Source: Laetmonice hystrix (Eukaryota). Taken from it: DNA of 64,000 nt. Every line of letters starts with the position of its first letter. Position 1 is the first letter of the stretch. The notes beneath the pieces are model-generated. The model searched no databases, was not told the origin of the DNA, and was given only the letters and a program-made list of their open reading frames with translations. Both the position numbers and the translations under genes were made by a program. Positions 48,873 through 62,588 of this stretch are shown piece after piece. The DNA is taken from the NCBI GenBank assembly GCA_965235115.1, contig OZ249436.1:53756001-53820000 (forward strand), written 5' to 3'.

Positions 48873-51842
48873 GGGATGATTCGAAATACTTCGGGTGTTT
48901 CCGACTAGGTACTTCCGTTCAACATAGCGGCTGCAGATGATTTCTCTGAAGATTTAGATGATTGTGTGGCATCATATTCGGACAGTCTGCGCCGTAAAAG
49001 TAAACAACAAGAGTGCCTCAGCAAAATCGAGCAACCACTATTCGAGTTTGGCAATGTTCGGCCGTTCCGGTCGGGGATTTTGAGGTCAGGTCAGGGGTCA
49101 CTCAAACAGCAGTGCCCAGGGTGTGGCAGAGATTGAATGAAGTGAACGGTCTCTGTCCGGAAAGTACGACACTACGAGGTGTCTGTGATTGTTTGAAATG
49201 GCCAACAGCTAAATATATCGTTTTTGGTGCGTGATACCATGACATTACGTGCGTCCTAACCGAAACAACGGGCTCATCAGTGGAGGTCTGGCGACAGTCA
49301 GACTAAAGCAGGAACTATATATCTCTGACGGAGATACATGGTTAATATCACAAATGTATGCAGCAAAGACCAAAGAAAAATCACGTATTATATTATGATC
49401 GCCTTCGTAACGAGACAGTGACTATAATTGCCCTGATATAGTGTGCCATTTTTCCCTTGTGATTAGCTCCAGACACATTTATCTCTTGGGTGGATTTACT
49501 CCTAGGATTACAGCTGTCAGAGACATGTATTCAGTCCATTGATCTCTTCCAGTAGATTACAAGAAACAAAGAGCGAGATCTGAATCGTAGGTCGCATGCA
49601 CATTTTGGATGAAGGCATAGTTTTCTTCAACAAAACTGATATTGTGGCAAATTATGGGCCTCCCCAAATGGGCCGTCCTCTATGATGTAAATTCATGTGG
49701 CTGAAGTGCTGTCTGAAGGGAATCACTATATTGGATAGTGTATAGTCTCTTCCATCCTTATTGCATAATTTTCTCACTTGGCAGCAATCTGTGAGACCCA
49801 GTCCCCCCCCCCCCCCCAGCGTCAAATAGTACGTTTTCTTCACCTCAATACATATAACTCAAACAAATCGGAATGGAAAATTTTACTTTGCCGTACTCTG
49901 GCTCGTTCCACGGCTCGCAGAATTTGGTACTCGGGTCCAGTGTTGCACAATGCGCAGCCGAGGATCGAATTTTGGCTCGAGTTTGTACTTTTCGGCTACA
50001 GTATTACTGTGAAGAAGGCTCTGGTTGCTGGCACGGCATAAAACCTCGATACAGACCATTGGAAATATGCATGACCTTGATTGACCTTTCAAGGTCGCTC
50101 CAATGGCGCCAAACGAAACTTCATATATGACTTCCTATCTGTCAATAAAGACACTAATGGGTTGAGGGTCCTTCACTGCGGGAAACTATGAAACGAGATG
50201 CCTGGCGCATGAATACGCCACGACACCGAAGGTGGAGTGCCGTATTCATGCGCCAAGCCCTGCAGCGTGAAGGCATATTAAGGGGAAAATTACCATGGGC
50301 CAATACCAAAAATCCTACGTCGAATTTTAGATGATGTATACACATCCGAATGGCTAGATATTAACTCCCTGTATCTTGGATTTAGGCCAGTCCACCCCAG
50401 CTATATCGATCTCAATGAAATCACCGCAATACATCTGAGGTGAAGCTTAGGTGAAGCCAAATAGCTTCTGATGATAATCTATATACTAGCAGCACTTTTC
50501 TGAACCAGGGAGGAACGGGGGAACTTCAATAATCGTGATGGATCGACATATAAATCCGTGAGGATAAGGTGAGGATGAAACATCAAAACTCAAAGTAAGT
50601 TACTTCTCGTTTGTGGGACCTAATTCTGGTTAGCCAGTCTTGAATGCGAGACGGGCGGCCTTCGAACATTAAAGGATGTTTCGAAAGGTTTCCGCCTCGC
50701 AAGGCATATAGTATGTTCTCGGCTTGGCTTCAAGAGATCATTGTCTCTGCTTGTTAAGGATGTGAAATGGGACATCAACGGAGTCATAATCCAATCGATG
50801 CCTTAAAGCCCACCTGATTAAGGCGCATCTGAGTATCAGCTAACCAATCAACCAATCAGAATTCTCGCGTCGAATCTGGCCGCCCCGGAGCTGCGCATTA
50901 GTGGACGGCGTACCCCCTGCGGTCGATGACGTCCCCATGTCACGCTGTTCTCGGATAAACTACCTTTGCCGGCAGATGTTCACTGGCGTGGCCTTCTACA
51001 CAGCACATGGTGGCGGAGCCAGCGCCAGAAACGCACCGGTTCCCAACCCAGGCGAGCAGGTTTGGCGCTGCCTGGCAGAGTTCCTCATCGCTCAAACGCA
51101 TCGGCTGCGTTTGTTCAAGGCAGGAGCAACGACGAACCACACCGACTGTGCATTTACATTCGCATCAAGGGAGCGGCGTACGTTCTGCCCTTCACGACAT
51201 GCGACATGAACGCTTTCGGGCAGCTTTGACATCGGCCTGCTAAAAGCACCATACGTCACGGCAAAACGCTGCACGTAATCAAAACTGAGTGAAAGCTTCA
51301 GTTCGGGAATCGTACCCACCACAGCGCATTCAGACTCCGTTCATTCAGTTATATTTTGTCGGGCAGTTACGTCTGATGTGGGGGTCTTAACACACGAAAG
51401 ACCACCGTCGCATTAGAGGGAGTGAGAGAGTTATTCGTTTCAGAACCAGAGTTGACCAGACCCCACAGACAGTCGGTGACTTGCGTGCCCATCACTGGAC
51501 CAGGCGCGAACTGACACTATCAAACCGACTCTAGGGCGTGACGGAGATGACTTACTCAACGTCCATAGCAACACGCCTCGGGTAAGGTGTCGTGAGGCCG
51601 GTAGGGATTGTGGTATGATCTCAGCGAGTTGGGCACCTTAGTGTGGCCTTACGAGTCCGAGAAAGAGATCTGTTTGTAGGAAATGAAGCAGTAATCAGTG
51701 CGTACTTCTATGAAGTTCATCAAGGATTAGCGCCCAGAGGCAACTCCAGCAGCACTTCCGATCATAACGGTAAGTAGTAGACCATTACAAAGTAATCACA
51801 AGAGGTAGGCATATTACACCTCTTCTCAGACCGGTAATCTTA

Positions 51843-52070
51843 AGCCGGGGTCACACTGCCTGATTTTCCCCTCCGATTCTGCCGTCGGCCGACGTTTTCC
51901 GTGTCGGTCGATGGAGTTGGGCAGTGTGTCACTACTTCCGATCCGATTTCGTCAGCGTCGGGACAAAAAAAATCGGCGTCGTGCATTTCTTGACATTGTC
52001 AAGGAATGGCGGCCGATTAACGATCCCGATTGTCGGTGTCGGGCAATGCGACGCCGCCATCCAAAACCAG
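51843..52070 (+). mobile_element. Left-end fragment of a Harbinger-type MITE
   Basis: TTA|AGCCGGGGTCACAC terminus followed by CCGAT/GTCGG-rich interior; no right TIR found. Confidence 0.45.
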
Positions 52071-54015
52071 TTGTTACGGACAACCAACACACAATGCAGG
52101 GCAGAAAAGAGTTAGGAAAGCAATTCTACCAAATTAATCAAAGGTGCTTCTCTCGAAATGGCAAGATTGAAAGTTGTAAGAGGAGCGTAGCACATAGTAA
52201 AAAGAATGGTACGACCTCTTTTGGAGTTATTAGGGACTCATGAGCAAAATTGACGTTGATTAATTTCTCGGTTTGGCGCTGCATTTTGACGCAATGTCTG
52301 ATCACAACACAACATGCAAAAGCAGTTAGAAATACGCTTTTTTGAGTTGAGTTTGCTTTTATCGAATAATTACCAATGATACATTAAGATTTTGTTGTTG
52401 TTGCTGTTTTTAAGGACTCGATTAATTCTGATGGCGATATTAAAACCCATTTCGGTAAATTTGATTATGCGAACATCAAGATTTAAGACTAAAGGAGCCA
52501 CCATCCATCACATTTATAACCAGACGTCAAGTATATGTGTTTCTTTGCAATGTTTTATTTTCTAAACAACACTCATTACCCCAGCGGAGTGTATAAAAAC
52601 ACACTACACCGCGTTTTCAACCCTTTTAAGGAACCTGACATCAGTCGCACGAGTTTCACGTGAATCACGTACAATCTTGAGATAAATGGAAGGGCTGAGT
52701 GGAGGCCAAGAACGTTTTTTACCTCGGTTAACACGGAGTGGATATAGCTCATTTCCAGTGTTTCACAGTGACGTCGTTAATTTGTAAAAATCCAAAAAAC
52801 AACGCAAAATGGCTGGCCTAATTGTATTACCTACAGTAAGTTTCACAGGAGAAAAACGTGCCTACTTCGCCTCGGCCATTAATTTTGTCAACCTCTGAGA
52901 CTATATGTGTGACCTAAACAGGCAGATGTGTTGGACGTGCAGGCAAACCATGCGTCGTGTTAATGTACTTAAAGCCCGGACAGACCCTTCCGACTTCGAT
53001 CAACCTGACTTGTCCGTGTGGGCATATTACAGTATGTTACAGGCTCTGCAAAGGTATTGTCACAGAAATATGTGGATCTCTGTTCTATGAGTCGTGTTCA
53101 GCGTTTTTAATAGATCTCGCCACGCGAACGTAATCAGTCGGCCTCATCAATGTGAATTCTTGCATGTCCATGGGGAATCGGTGTAATCGGCTCAATATAA
53201 TGATGTGTAAGATGTAATAATAAGTAAGATGTAATGATAAATAACCTAACGCGGATAGCGAGGGATCTGATTACATTCATATGAGGTATTACCATGACAA
53301 CATGATGACAGTCATGTCTGGCAATAGTACATGTCCGGAGCATTCGGTCTTATTTGTAATGACATCGTCCACTATGTGTGGGTTGAACTAAAAATGCTAC
53401 ACACTGAGTTGTTGCAATGGATGATGAGGATGGATGATTGATAACAATTCCATGACGAAACAATCGGAACGTCGGAGGTCATTTCATTTCCGGTTGAGAA
53501 ATACCCTCGGATGTATGACAGGCCCAAAGCTACAAGCGTTTAACGCCTGTGACGTCACATCACCACCCATGTTCTATCTGCTAAGTAGTTCCAACACATC
53601 GCGCAAACTTATGAATCTGACACAAATTGGCCGCGCTGTTGTATACATCCGCAAAGAACATAGTTTCTCACGTCAATTCCCGAAAAATGAATTATAGACG
53701 CAGCTATAACTAGGCCGCATAGTAAATAATATTACGTGCATTATTTGAAACAGCTAAATCATATTTTTAGTGTGATATCTTTTGGGCGAGCAGAGTAGGT
53801 TATGAAACCGACTTGGGCCGGATATCCAGGGGGCGCCACCTTCTTCGACACGAATACACTGGTCCTTTAAGTTGTCATGAAGGCCGTGAATTCTTCCACA
53901 GAAACCACTGGGATATGAACGTAAAAGTCTGGGTCGGAGTGAATCTACCGGTACATTTCGTTTTATTTGCGTCCATCTGTCGTCGGCCATGCTCAAGAGA
54001 GTGTATTCGCAATGA

Positions 54016-54210
54016 GGGATAGAATGAAGCCATTGCCAATAAACAACGGGATAGAATGAAGCCACTGCCAATAAACAACGGGATATAATGAAGCCACTAC
54101 CAATAAACAACGGGATCGAATGAAGCCACTGCCAATAAACAACGGGATCGAATGAAGCCACTACCAAAAATACAACGGGATAGAATGAAGCCAAAACCAA
54201 TAAACAACAA
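54016..54210. repeat. 32-bp minisatellite, about 6 copies (GGGATAGAATGAAGCCACTGCCAATAAACAAC)
   Basis: Seen directly. Confidence 0.9.
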
Positions 54211-55005
54211 TATCAAGGTCAGCACCTATGGACAATGTTTACGTCTTATTCTTGGTTTTCCCATCCAAAAGAGCCCGGGCCATCTGGTGGTGAGTGAATA
54301 GGTTGTATTTTTTACATCCTGTTGGCAGTATTTCAGTCTTCTTCAGGGCGCGAATAAAATGTTTAAGTATTCTTTGATTATTCGATGGCACTGATACTGA
54401 ATACTGGCAGAGGGGAAGTGATCGATGAGGCAAAATGAAACTGGAAAGACTCAATTATCTGCAACAAGAGATGATTCTGCCATCTGGTGCTCAGGCACTT
54501 TTCTCCACCAACCCTCGCCCCTTTCTACGCCTCTTACGAACAGCCAGGACCTACGATTTGCCGTTTTAAAATCCGGTGGAGCGTTGAAATGAATAATTTT
54601 GGACACCACGAAAAAAAACTCAAAATTCAGCACTACTTTCTAGACAAATTTACCTTCTACAGAAACATTCTCGCTTTGAATGATTGGGCGATCCGTTCAA
54701 TTTGTCATTCTCCGTGTGTAGGCTGAGATTATTAAAGCCAGCCTTACCCTAGGTAGACATGAGAGTAAACTATCCGGTGTCTCCAGCATTTGTATGAATG
54801 AAGGCGAACCTTGATGAAGTCTTGTGATAACGTCGTTAGGAAACACATCGTGCCATCGTGCGCCATCTCCATCGATGAAAGCTCGTCTCAAACGGTCTCT
54901 TAAGTAATTAGAAACACGCCTATCGTGTTTCGCTTGCCGCTTTGTCCAGCGCTTTCTTTCATAGTAGCTTAATCTTTGAAGTGCAAGCTCATGCACAACG
55001 CCTAA

Positions 55006-55310
55006 AGGCTACCTCACACTACACGATTGTACACGACACGAATCTGTCTTGGCGCATCGTGGGGGTTTCGACATGTTGACATGTTGACATATCGTAGGAA
55101 ATCGGTGGTTTTCGTGTCGTATATCGCACATAACTCTTCTGTGCGCGCAACTCATTTTCCCACCCAGCTCGTGCCATTTTCCAGGTCAAATGACCATAAA
55201 CTTCCCAACACTTTGGCAACAAATCGTGGAGTATGGGGACACTTGTCGGACACTTGTCGGACACGCCAGAACACCGCAGCCCAAAATCGTGTAGAAGATC
55301 GTGAAGAAAT
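55006..55310 (+). mobile_element. Left-end fragment of a Harbinger-type MITE
   Basis: TAA|AGGCTACCTCACACTACACGA terminus; CACGA/TCGTG-rich interior. Confidence 0.4.
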
Positions 55311-56386
55311 CCAATGAAATTCCATATTTCAGTTGCCTGTTCTCGCTACGAAGCGATCGTCTCATGGCTGGTTGTTCACCTGGTATTGACTTGGCCAGCC
55401 AGTGAAATTCATCGGGCGATGAATCAAGAGATTTCCTAATTTCTGTGGGTAAACATTTATTGATTTATGTGGTCTACGGCCTTATCTAACCTAACAGCTC
55501 ATTTTGCAGGCTGCATTTTGGAGTCATTGAAATGAGAGATAGATACTCACTGATTGCTTTAATGTTTAAAAACTCAAACGAGAGATTGACAAAAATGACA
55601 TAAAAACACCAGTTAGTTGGACATAAAACTATGGTCCACATAAGGTTTATCCACGACTTCAAGCTCGTATTTGAAGGTCATGCTTCAGAGAAGAACATTT
55701 AGACTGTTTTCCCTCAGCCATTACAATTATGGATGTGATCAAGGCAAAAATCAGTGCAGCCATTTCACGTTTCTAGGCGCCTAACGTAAGTGCCCGAATC
55801 TGCCATGTCCTTCGGGTCCATTAAGCACGTTCTAAGAGCCTTTGGGGCTGCTGGGACACCCTAACGTTGGGAAGGTTTTTCTATATTGCATCCATGGTTA
55901 CACATCATTCCCCTCTGGCCAGTCAAAGTATGGGCCCCGGGTAGCTGAAGTATGGGCCCCTGGTGGCTGCCCTTTGTGCCCCACATGTTATGCTATAATA
56001 GGGTGTCACCACTGGAAAACACCTCAACCACACCGTGGTCAGTACGTAAATTACTTTTGCTCCCAGTGGTCCACATGCTATAACCACATATTGTTGAAAT
56101 AAGTCAATCACAGTTGATGCACCTGTGAAAGCCTTGTGTCTCAAGAGTACACGTTTTGTCTGCGGCGTCGTACTTCATTTTGTGTACGGTTTTGTATGCG
56201 TCACTGTGGGCGTTTTCTTCAGGAAATTGATTTATATTACATTCTAAAATAGCTTTTCATACTAAAGTATCTTTTCTAACTACAATATTTTATGTTATCT
56301 CATTTTTTGAGATAATCATTATGTTCTTTTTAAAGGTCATGCTTAAATGGGCAGTGGAATTCTCCTGCCTCCTACCTCCAAATGTT

Positions 56387-56482
56387 GTGATTGAGTACAC
56401 ATGTTCCGTGCCCGTACCGTGATTGAGTACACATGTTCCGTGCCCGTACCGTGATTGAGTACACGTGTTCCGTCTCCGTACC
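56387..56482. repeat. 32-bp tandem repeat, 3 copies
   Basis: GTGATTGAGTACACATGTTCCGTGCCCGTACC repeated. Confidence 0.85.
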
Positions 56483-56697
56483 TCCATTACTTCACTGGAC
56501 GACAAAAAAGGATGTCGCGGAGATCTATACATTTAAAACTCGCTCACTTGAAGGGAATTCCTCCAGGAGTTTTGTACGAGGAGAAATGGAGGAGCTTGAT
56601 CGGGGCTTAAAGTTCTTCTGCTGCCCACGTTCTCAGACACGACGATACTGAATATTGTAAAAAAAAAGTAAATCTGTACTTTGCTACCCTCTTTAAA

Positions 56698-57158
56698 CAG
56701 GGGTGGCGATCGTTGAGAGATCGTTGAGCGATGAAGAAATGGCCAGATCTCTCAACGATCTTTCAATGAGCGCCCAGCGATCGCCAAGATCTCTCATTGA
56801 TCTCTCAATGATGTTCCAGTGATCTCCACGGTCGCCACGGTCTCCTCAAAGTTTTGACTCATCCAAAACAATCTCTCAACGGTCGCCAAGGGAAGCGATC
56901 TCTCAACGAACGCTCAACGAACGCGCAAGGAGCGCTCAACGATCTCATGGATTTCCCAAAAATCTCTCATCGATCTTTCAATATACGCCAATTTTTTCCA
57001 CCCCGAAGGTAGAGATGGCTGAGAGATCAGTGAGTTCATTGAAAGACCGCGGCGGAGATCGCTGAGAGATCATTGGGCGATCAATTTCTACTTGAGAGCT
57101 TGTTGAGCGTTCATTGAGAGATTGGGGAGAGATTGCCGCGGTGATGGGAAGCGCGGCA
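56698..57158. mobile_element. Decayed MITE-like repeat built from TCTCTCAACG/TTGAGAGA motifs
   Basis: Dense motif present in both orientations; termini unclear. Confidence 0.4.
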
Positions 57159-57265
57159 TTGGGGGCTATAAATTATACGGGTGCTAACCCCCCCCCCCCT
57201 ATTTTTTCCCTGTCGCCCAAGAAACGCTTGAATAAACACGTGTGTGATATGCTAAGCGGTCTTAA

Positions 57266-57763
57266 AGGAAATATGTCACGGGGGTATCGACCGAAATCTT
57301 CAGTTTTCTGCTTACCTGCTCACCACTGACGTACTTTATGGCACTGATTGTTTTTCATATTGATTCTGTTAACACATACTACGAGTAGACAGCTGTGAAA
57401 TTCTCCCTAATGTAGAAAAATGAATAAAACTAGCTGCAGCGTCCGTAAAGTGCGATGAATCCGCCATTTTGGCCCCCTTTGGCTGCCGCGAATCGTTTGG
57501 ACGGGTCCCATGATCACGTGACTCTCGCTGTGATTACGCCGATCGTGTGAAAAGGGTGCAAAACACAGCCGGCTGCAAATCCCGGGGTCTCGGAATCTAA
57601 GTGTGTCATTTTCAGTGACCGCATTAAGAATTGACGAATTTTTTTTACAAAATACTGGCCAAAGCTACAGGTACGGGACCTTTGGGGCATATCGGAGAAC
57701 CGCAATGCAGACATCTTTTTGCTGAAACACGACGTATTATTTGAAATTCGTGACATATTACCT
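57266..57763. mobile_element. Kolobok-type non-autonomous element
   Basis: TTAA|AGGAAATATGTCACG ... CGTGACATATTACCT|TTAA. Confidence 0.8.
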
Positions 57764-58786
57764 TTAAAGGCTTTCTTTCCATGCAGTAAGCTCAAAGCGG
57801 GATGTTAACGGGAACTTACGCTGATTGCAGTAGGCAGCCTTAAGTACTCGGTTTAATATTATGGGGGGTTATTTTTTTTACCGAGATAATTTTACAATTC
57901 AAGCTTGCCTCTGAGAGCCTTTCTGAAACAGGGGCCTGGGTTCGTATTTGTCCAGAAAATGACCAGAAAATGTAGTGGTAGGGGGGCATGACATAATATT
58001 TGTTAAAGTGGTGGAGATATGACGGCTCTCGCGGAATAACGTATTTAACGTAATGCAAAACCTGGAGGATCCTGGTCGGCCAGCACTCATCACTTCAGGG
58101 ACTGCGGCTAGCGGGAAGCAGCGAGGCCGCCAAGGTAACCCTGATTGCCTGGAGCTGGCTGGGAGAATCACCTTCTCATCGGACTGCCGCCGGTGGAATT
58201 ATAACTCGTGTGGACGTACGGGACGGGCTTCATCCGGCTGTATCATAGGGTCTACATTGTCTTTGGCACGACAGCGCGGGTCTTTACGGTGACCCAAGAT
58301 AAGGAATTAATATATAGGTCACTCGTTGCCAGCAGTGATACTCTGCACATCCGTCTCCCACGTCCGATGGTTTTGCATCGTATCACTGCCGGCGCGGGTG
58401 ACACCTGCCATCGGTTCGTCCACTCCCCCACTTCCTTCCACATACCCGGCGCTGACATCGTGACGCTTCTGCCGAAGGCAATCGATGACGAGTCTGGGAT
58501 CAATGCTCGGGCAAGGCGCCGGGCCGTGCAGTGGTGCGGCTCAGGGACAACCAAAACATGACAGACTTTAAAGTACAGCTTATGCCAAGAGGTAGATTTC
58601 AGTTCTTTTGCAGCGCTCGACATGCAGAACAGCCTTCACTGCAATATATTCGCTTATTGTGGCGGTGAAGAAGTTGAAGCTTGGAAGAAAACTCCGTCGC
58701 CAAAAGGAGCATTGATTCGATTGTCTGTGGGTGGTTTGTTGTTGTTAGGGGAAAGGTGGGTAGGCCTTAGTTGGACCAGCAGCTAA

Positions 58787-60055
58787 AGCCCCAGTCCCAC
58801 CAAAGCCGAATTAGCTACGACGTGTCACGATCTGATAAATCGTGTAGAATCGGGAAACGTCCTAACTCGGTCGTAGAGTAGTCTTGATAGATCCTCATAG
58901 GTCGCGACAATTGTGAACTGTTCAAGATCGGGGCTATATCGTAGGTCAAACGTTGCTCAGTCGGGAATTATAGTCGGGGAATAATCGGGATAGTTCGTTG
59001 TTCAGTCCTGGTTTATCGTAGGAAAATTGCCAAAAAAAAGTCCCACCAAAGCCGATTGTACTACGTTCCATGCCGTTCTATCAAGATCTAAAATTTATTT
59101 TAAGTCGTGATGAATCGTGATGAAATAATGACAACCCGAAGACCTAGCTACGAATTGCCACGTTCAACGGCGACTGGGCAACGGTTTTCCAAAGATCTCT
59201 CAACGATCACGATGCGTGCTATCATGTTCTATCTCGACATCCCCCCGACCTTCCCGACCAAGAAACGTTCTCTGCCGACCTATGCAGATTGAGCTACGTC
59301 CTATCAAGAACCCGACCCGATGTTTGACCAACGATGTAGCAACGTTCTATGCCGTCTGAGCCCCGGCCGAGCGACGACCTGTCCCGATGACGTCAGGGCT
59401 AGATCTAGGAAATGTCTGGCGATTGTCCTACGATCAACCAGGACTGAACAACGAACTATCCCGATTGTCCCCCGACTATTCCCGACTGAGCAACGTTTGA
59501 CCTACGGTATATTCCCGATTTGAGCTTTTTCCCGACCAGTGCCGATTGTTTTGAACAGTTTAAAATTGTCGGGGTGCAATCGTGGCCTATCCCGACCTAT
59601 GGGGATCTATCAAGACTACTGTACGACCGAGTTAGGACGTTTCCCGATTCTACACGATTTATCAGATCGTGACACGTCGTAGCTAATTCGGCTTTCGTGG
59701 GACTGGGGCTTTAGCCCTGATCTAGACCAGATGTCATCGGGACAGGTCGTAGCTCGGCTGGGGCACGGCATAGAACGTTGCTACATCGTTTGTCAATCTT
59801 GGTATAGGTCGCCATACATCGGGCCGGGATCTTGAGAGGTCGAAGCTCAATCTGCATAGGTCGGCAGTGAACGTTGCTTTAGTCGTTGCGCTGTCGGGAA
59901 GGTCGGGCCGATGTCGGGATAGAACATGATAGATTCGTAGCTAGGTCTTCGGGTTTTCATGATTTCATCACGATTCATCACGACGTAAACTAAATCTCAG
60001 ATCTTGATAGAACGGCATAGAACGTCGTACAATCGGCTTTGGTGGGACTGGGGCT
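58787..60055 (+). mobile_element. Harbinger-type MITE (AGCCCCAGTCCCACC TIR), split by an inverted copy of itself
   Basis: TAA|AGCCCCAGTCCCACCAAAGCCGA ... TCGGCTTTGGTGGGACTGGGGCT|TTA. Confidence 0.85.
59039..59710 (-). mobile_element. Inner inverted copy of the same MITE
   Basis: Begins with a clipped TIR (AGTCCCACCAAAGCCGATTG) and ends GTGGGACTGGGGCT|TTA; its halves are reverse complements of the outer right and left halves. Confidence 0.85.
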
Positions 60056-60284
60056 TTAGTTGGACCGGTTTCCTTGTGACAAAACTATGCAGCACGTCTT
60101 CCATTTCGAAGAAGTATACTACAAACAGTTTGACCTGAAGAAAGTGGCGGGTTCAAGCAATGGGCGAGAGCGATGAGGTTATTGTCACATTTCCAGGGGC
60201 CTGATGTAAAAACTAAGTATTAAAATATGTGTGTACAATATTTCCTACGAAACGTAGAGAGCCATAAGTTCAGTTGAGATCCTC

Positions 60285-60525
60285 TACTTTCGCCTACGAA
60301 GTTGGAAGGAGTTTATATTTTTAGCCCGGTGTGTCTGTTTGTTTGTGTTCGAATTTTCATGAAACTTTCAGGTATGATTGGTCTTGTGCCAGGGAACAAT
60401 CGATTAGATTTTGGGGAAGCTCCGTCCATGTTTTCGTGGATTCACCATTGAGGACTGCTCTGCTTGGCGGAGGTATGCACTCTACCACGTCCTAGATCTA
60501 TGACTCTACTGAGCGCCGTCTAGTT
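60285..60525. mobile_element. Short HINE/Helentron-type element, opposite orientation to the other two
   Basis: TACTTTCGCC..GGAAGGAG hairpin remnant, (TGTT) microsatellite, subterminal GGCGGAGGTA, ends TCTAGTT. Confidence 0.55.
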
Positions 60526-60621
60526 TTCTAAGAGATCATATTGTATAGCCTCCGTGTCAGCCAGGGACCATAAAAATGGTTCCCTGCAACTTCTTGGCTG
60601 TTTGTAAGTGTGACAAATTAA

Positions 60622-61799
60622 AGGGCCATGCTAAAATACACGTTTTGGAGGATTCAACATGACCGTGTACTAGGGATCTAAGTAAATAATCCTATCTCAG
60701 GATTTTGTCCTCCACGTGTTTTCGCTGCGGATGCAGCACAATAGGTGCCATAAGACTAAATTATAGATTTCTCCCGATAGCACATCTCCCGCCATAATTT
60801 GGTAGACAACCTCCCATCAACCCGTGTAATCGCGTACTGCGTCACATCCTGTGTGTGCACTGTCTGCATATGCTTAGTCACGTGCTTCGCTTAGTTGTAA
60901 ACAATCCAGCAGTTGCACTCGATCGTTCGGCATCAGAATGCCACACAAAAAATATTTTACGGAATCAGCAGTGAAGCGGGCAAGGAAAGAAAGATACAGA
61001 AGCTGGAAAAGACATCCGGTTCTAGCTGTCTGTCGCCACTGACTCGGGGACATCGTGTCGCTACATCTCGTATATAGGCCAAACAACTTTCAACAACCAA
61101 TCATCTGTCTTCTTTCATACACTGCAAATTTGCCTTAGCGAGTATCTTGAGTTGTCAAGGGCATCGCGCATCGTGGGAATCACTGGAAGGGATTCAACCC
61201 CGAGCGTGGGAGGATGCTCACAGAGTGTAGTGCGGCCGCGATTTGTTTTATTTAAGATCTGGCCGAAGAGCGCTTGTAAGAACTGCCCTGATTGGTCGCA
61301 AGGTTGTGGGTGATTGGTTAATCTCCTGATCTAAATACGAGTTTTGCTCCGGGTTATGCCAAGGTGTATACGTAAGCACGCAAAGCACGGGACGCTCGAT
61401 ACGTTCCGAAACCGCCATTATTTCCCGACTCCTTCCACCACGATCGAGTGTCAGACTGACTGATAAAACTACCCGTACACGCGAAATGTTCGGCGTTTAT
61501 ATTCGCCATCTCCATGTCGTCCCGTTTGTAACTTCGTCAGCCATGCTTCAAAACAAACCGGCTCTGAGCATGCGCGAGGGTTCTGTGTGTCACAAGTGTC
61601 AACAAAAGCCAGGTGCAAACGATGGCCGGAGCCGTTTTTCCAGATGGCCAGCAAGGGTCTCCAAAAACTGTACCCCCACAAAATGGAACTGATAAGTCCG
61701 TCTTTGTTTACCAAGCAATTTTAATGAAGCATCTCTTCACGAAAACAGCAAAAGTTCTTTGAAATACTTATTTTTCACGTTTCCTCATAATATGCCCCT
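60622..61799. mobile_element. Possible Kolobok-type non-autonomous element
   Basis: TTAA|AGGGCCATG ... TATGCCCCT|TTAA; the TIRs are short and imperfect. Confidence 0.35.
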
Positions 61800-62515
61800 T
61801 TAAAGGTTTCTTTTGCTAATTTGTAAAAGGGCAAAAGGAGCATAGATAGCAGTGTTACCTTCTGGCTTTTCAAATATAATCCGTTAAACCTATGGGGGGT
61901 GCCCATAAAACGTCGCACAACAACGTACACATTTGATTTCGAACAGCTTTTTCAATTGGACATGATCATTTTAGGACCCCTGAAACTCAATATTTCTATC
62001 TAGGGGGCTGATCCCCCTACCAAAATGTCCCTGCCTGGTTGTTCCCATGCATAGTATGAAACAGGGGAGGCCTTCTTTCAAACTGAACTGTGAAATATAT
62101 GGGAGCGTTCTTTCAAACTGAACGAAGCTATAGATCACAGATTTTAGGATACCTCTACAGAATATTAACTAGACCTCCAGATTGCAGGCAATCAGGTATC
62201 CCGTTCCTCTATGGATGTGTCTAGAAAAGCTGTGTATGGCATGAAAGAAAGTCAACCATACCAGCAATGAACGAATAGTAATTATGGGTCCATGGTCGAC
62301 CATTTACAAGCTTTAGCATTGGGAAATTGGGGAAATAACAATGACATCCTAATGACGTCATAGGTTACGTCACCTAAAAAATAATAATAATAAAAAAAAT
62401 TGCAATCTGTGTGGCGCGTCATATCATGGTCATGATACCCTCCAAGACACTTAGAGGGATATTCACCTATATTCTCAGAAGTAGAAAATATAAAAATTGA
62501 AATTAAAAAAAAAAT

Positions 62516-62588
62516 TGTCTCATGTGGGATTCGAACCCAAAAACCTTTGCATGAAATTCCTATGCTCTACCACTGAGCCATGCCTTCA
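62516..62588 (-). pseudogene. tRNA-derived Pol III-like cassette, copy 1
   Basis: A box TGGCTCAGTGG and B box GGTTCGAATCC, followed by an oligo-T run; acceptor and anticodon stems do not pair. Confidence 0.55.

Noticed and set aside
50901..51209. Possible second Harbinger transposase remnant (MSRCSRINYLCRQM...)
   Set aside because: The resemblance is weak and matching TIRs could not be established.
54016..54210. CRISPR-like periodicity (also at 1-157 and 56387-56482)
   Set aside because: These are contiguous tandem units with no unique spacers, no cas genes and a eukaryotic context.
58053..58623. GC-rich overlapping ORFs of 79-123 aa
   Set aside because: No recognisable domain or consistent splice structure.
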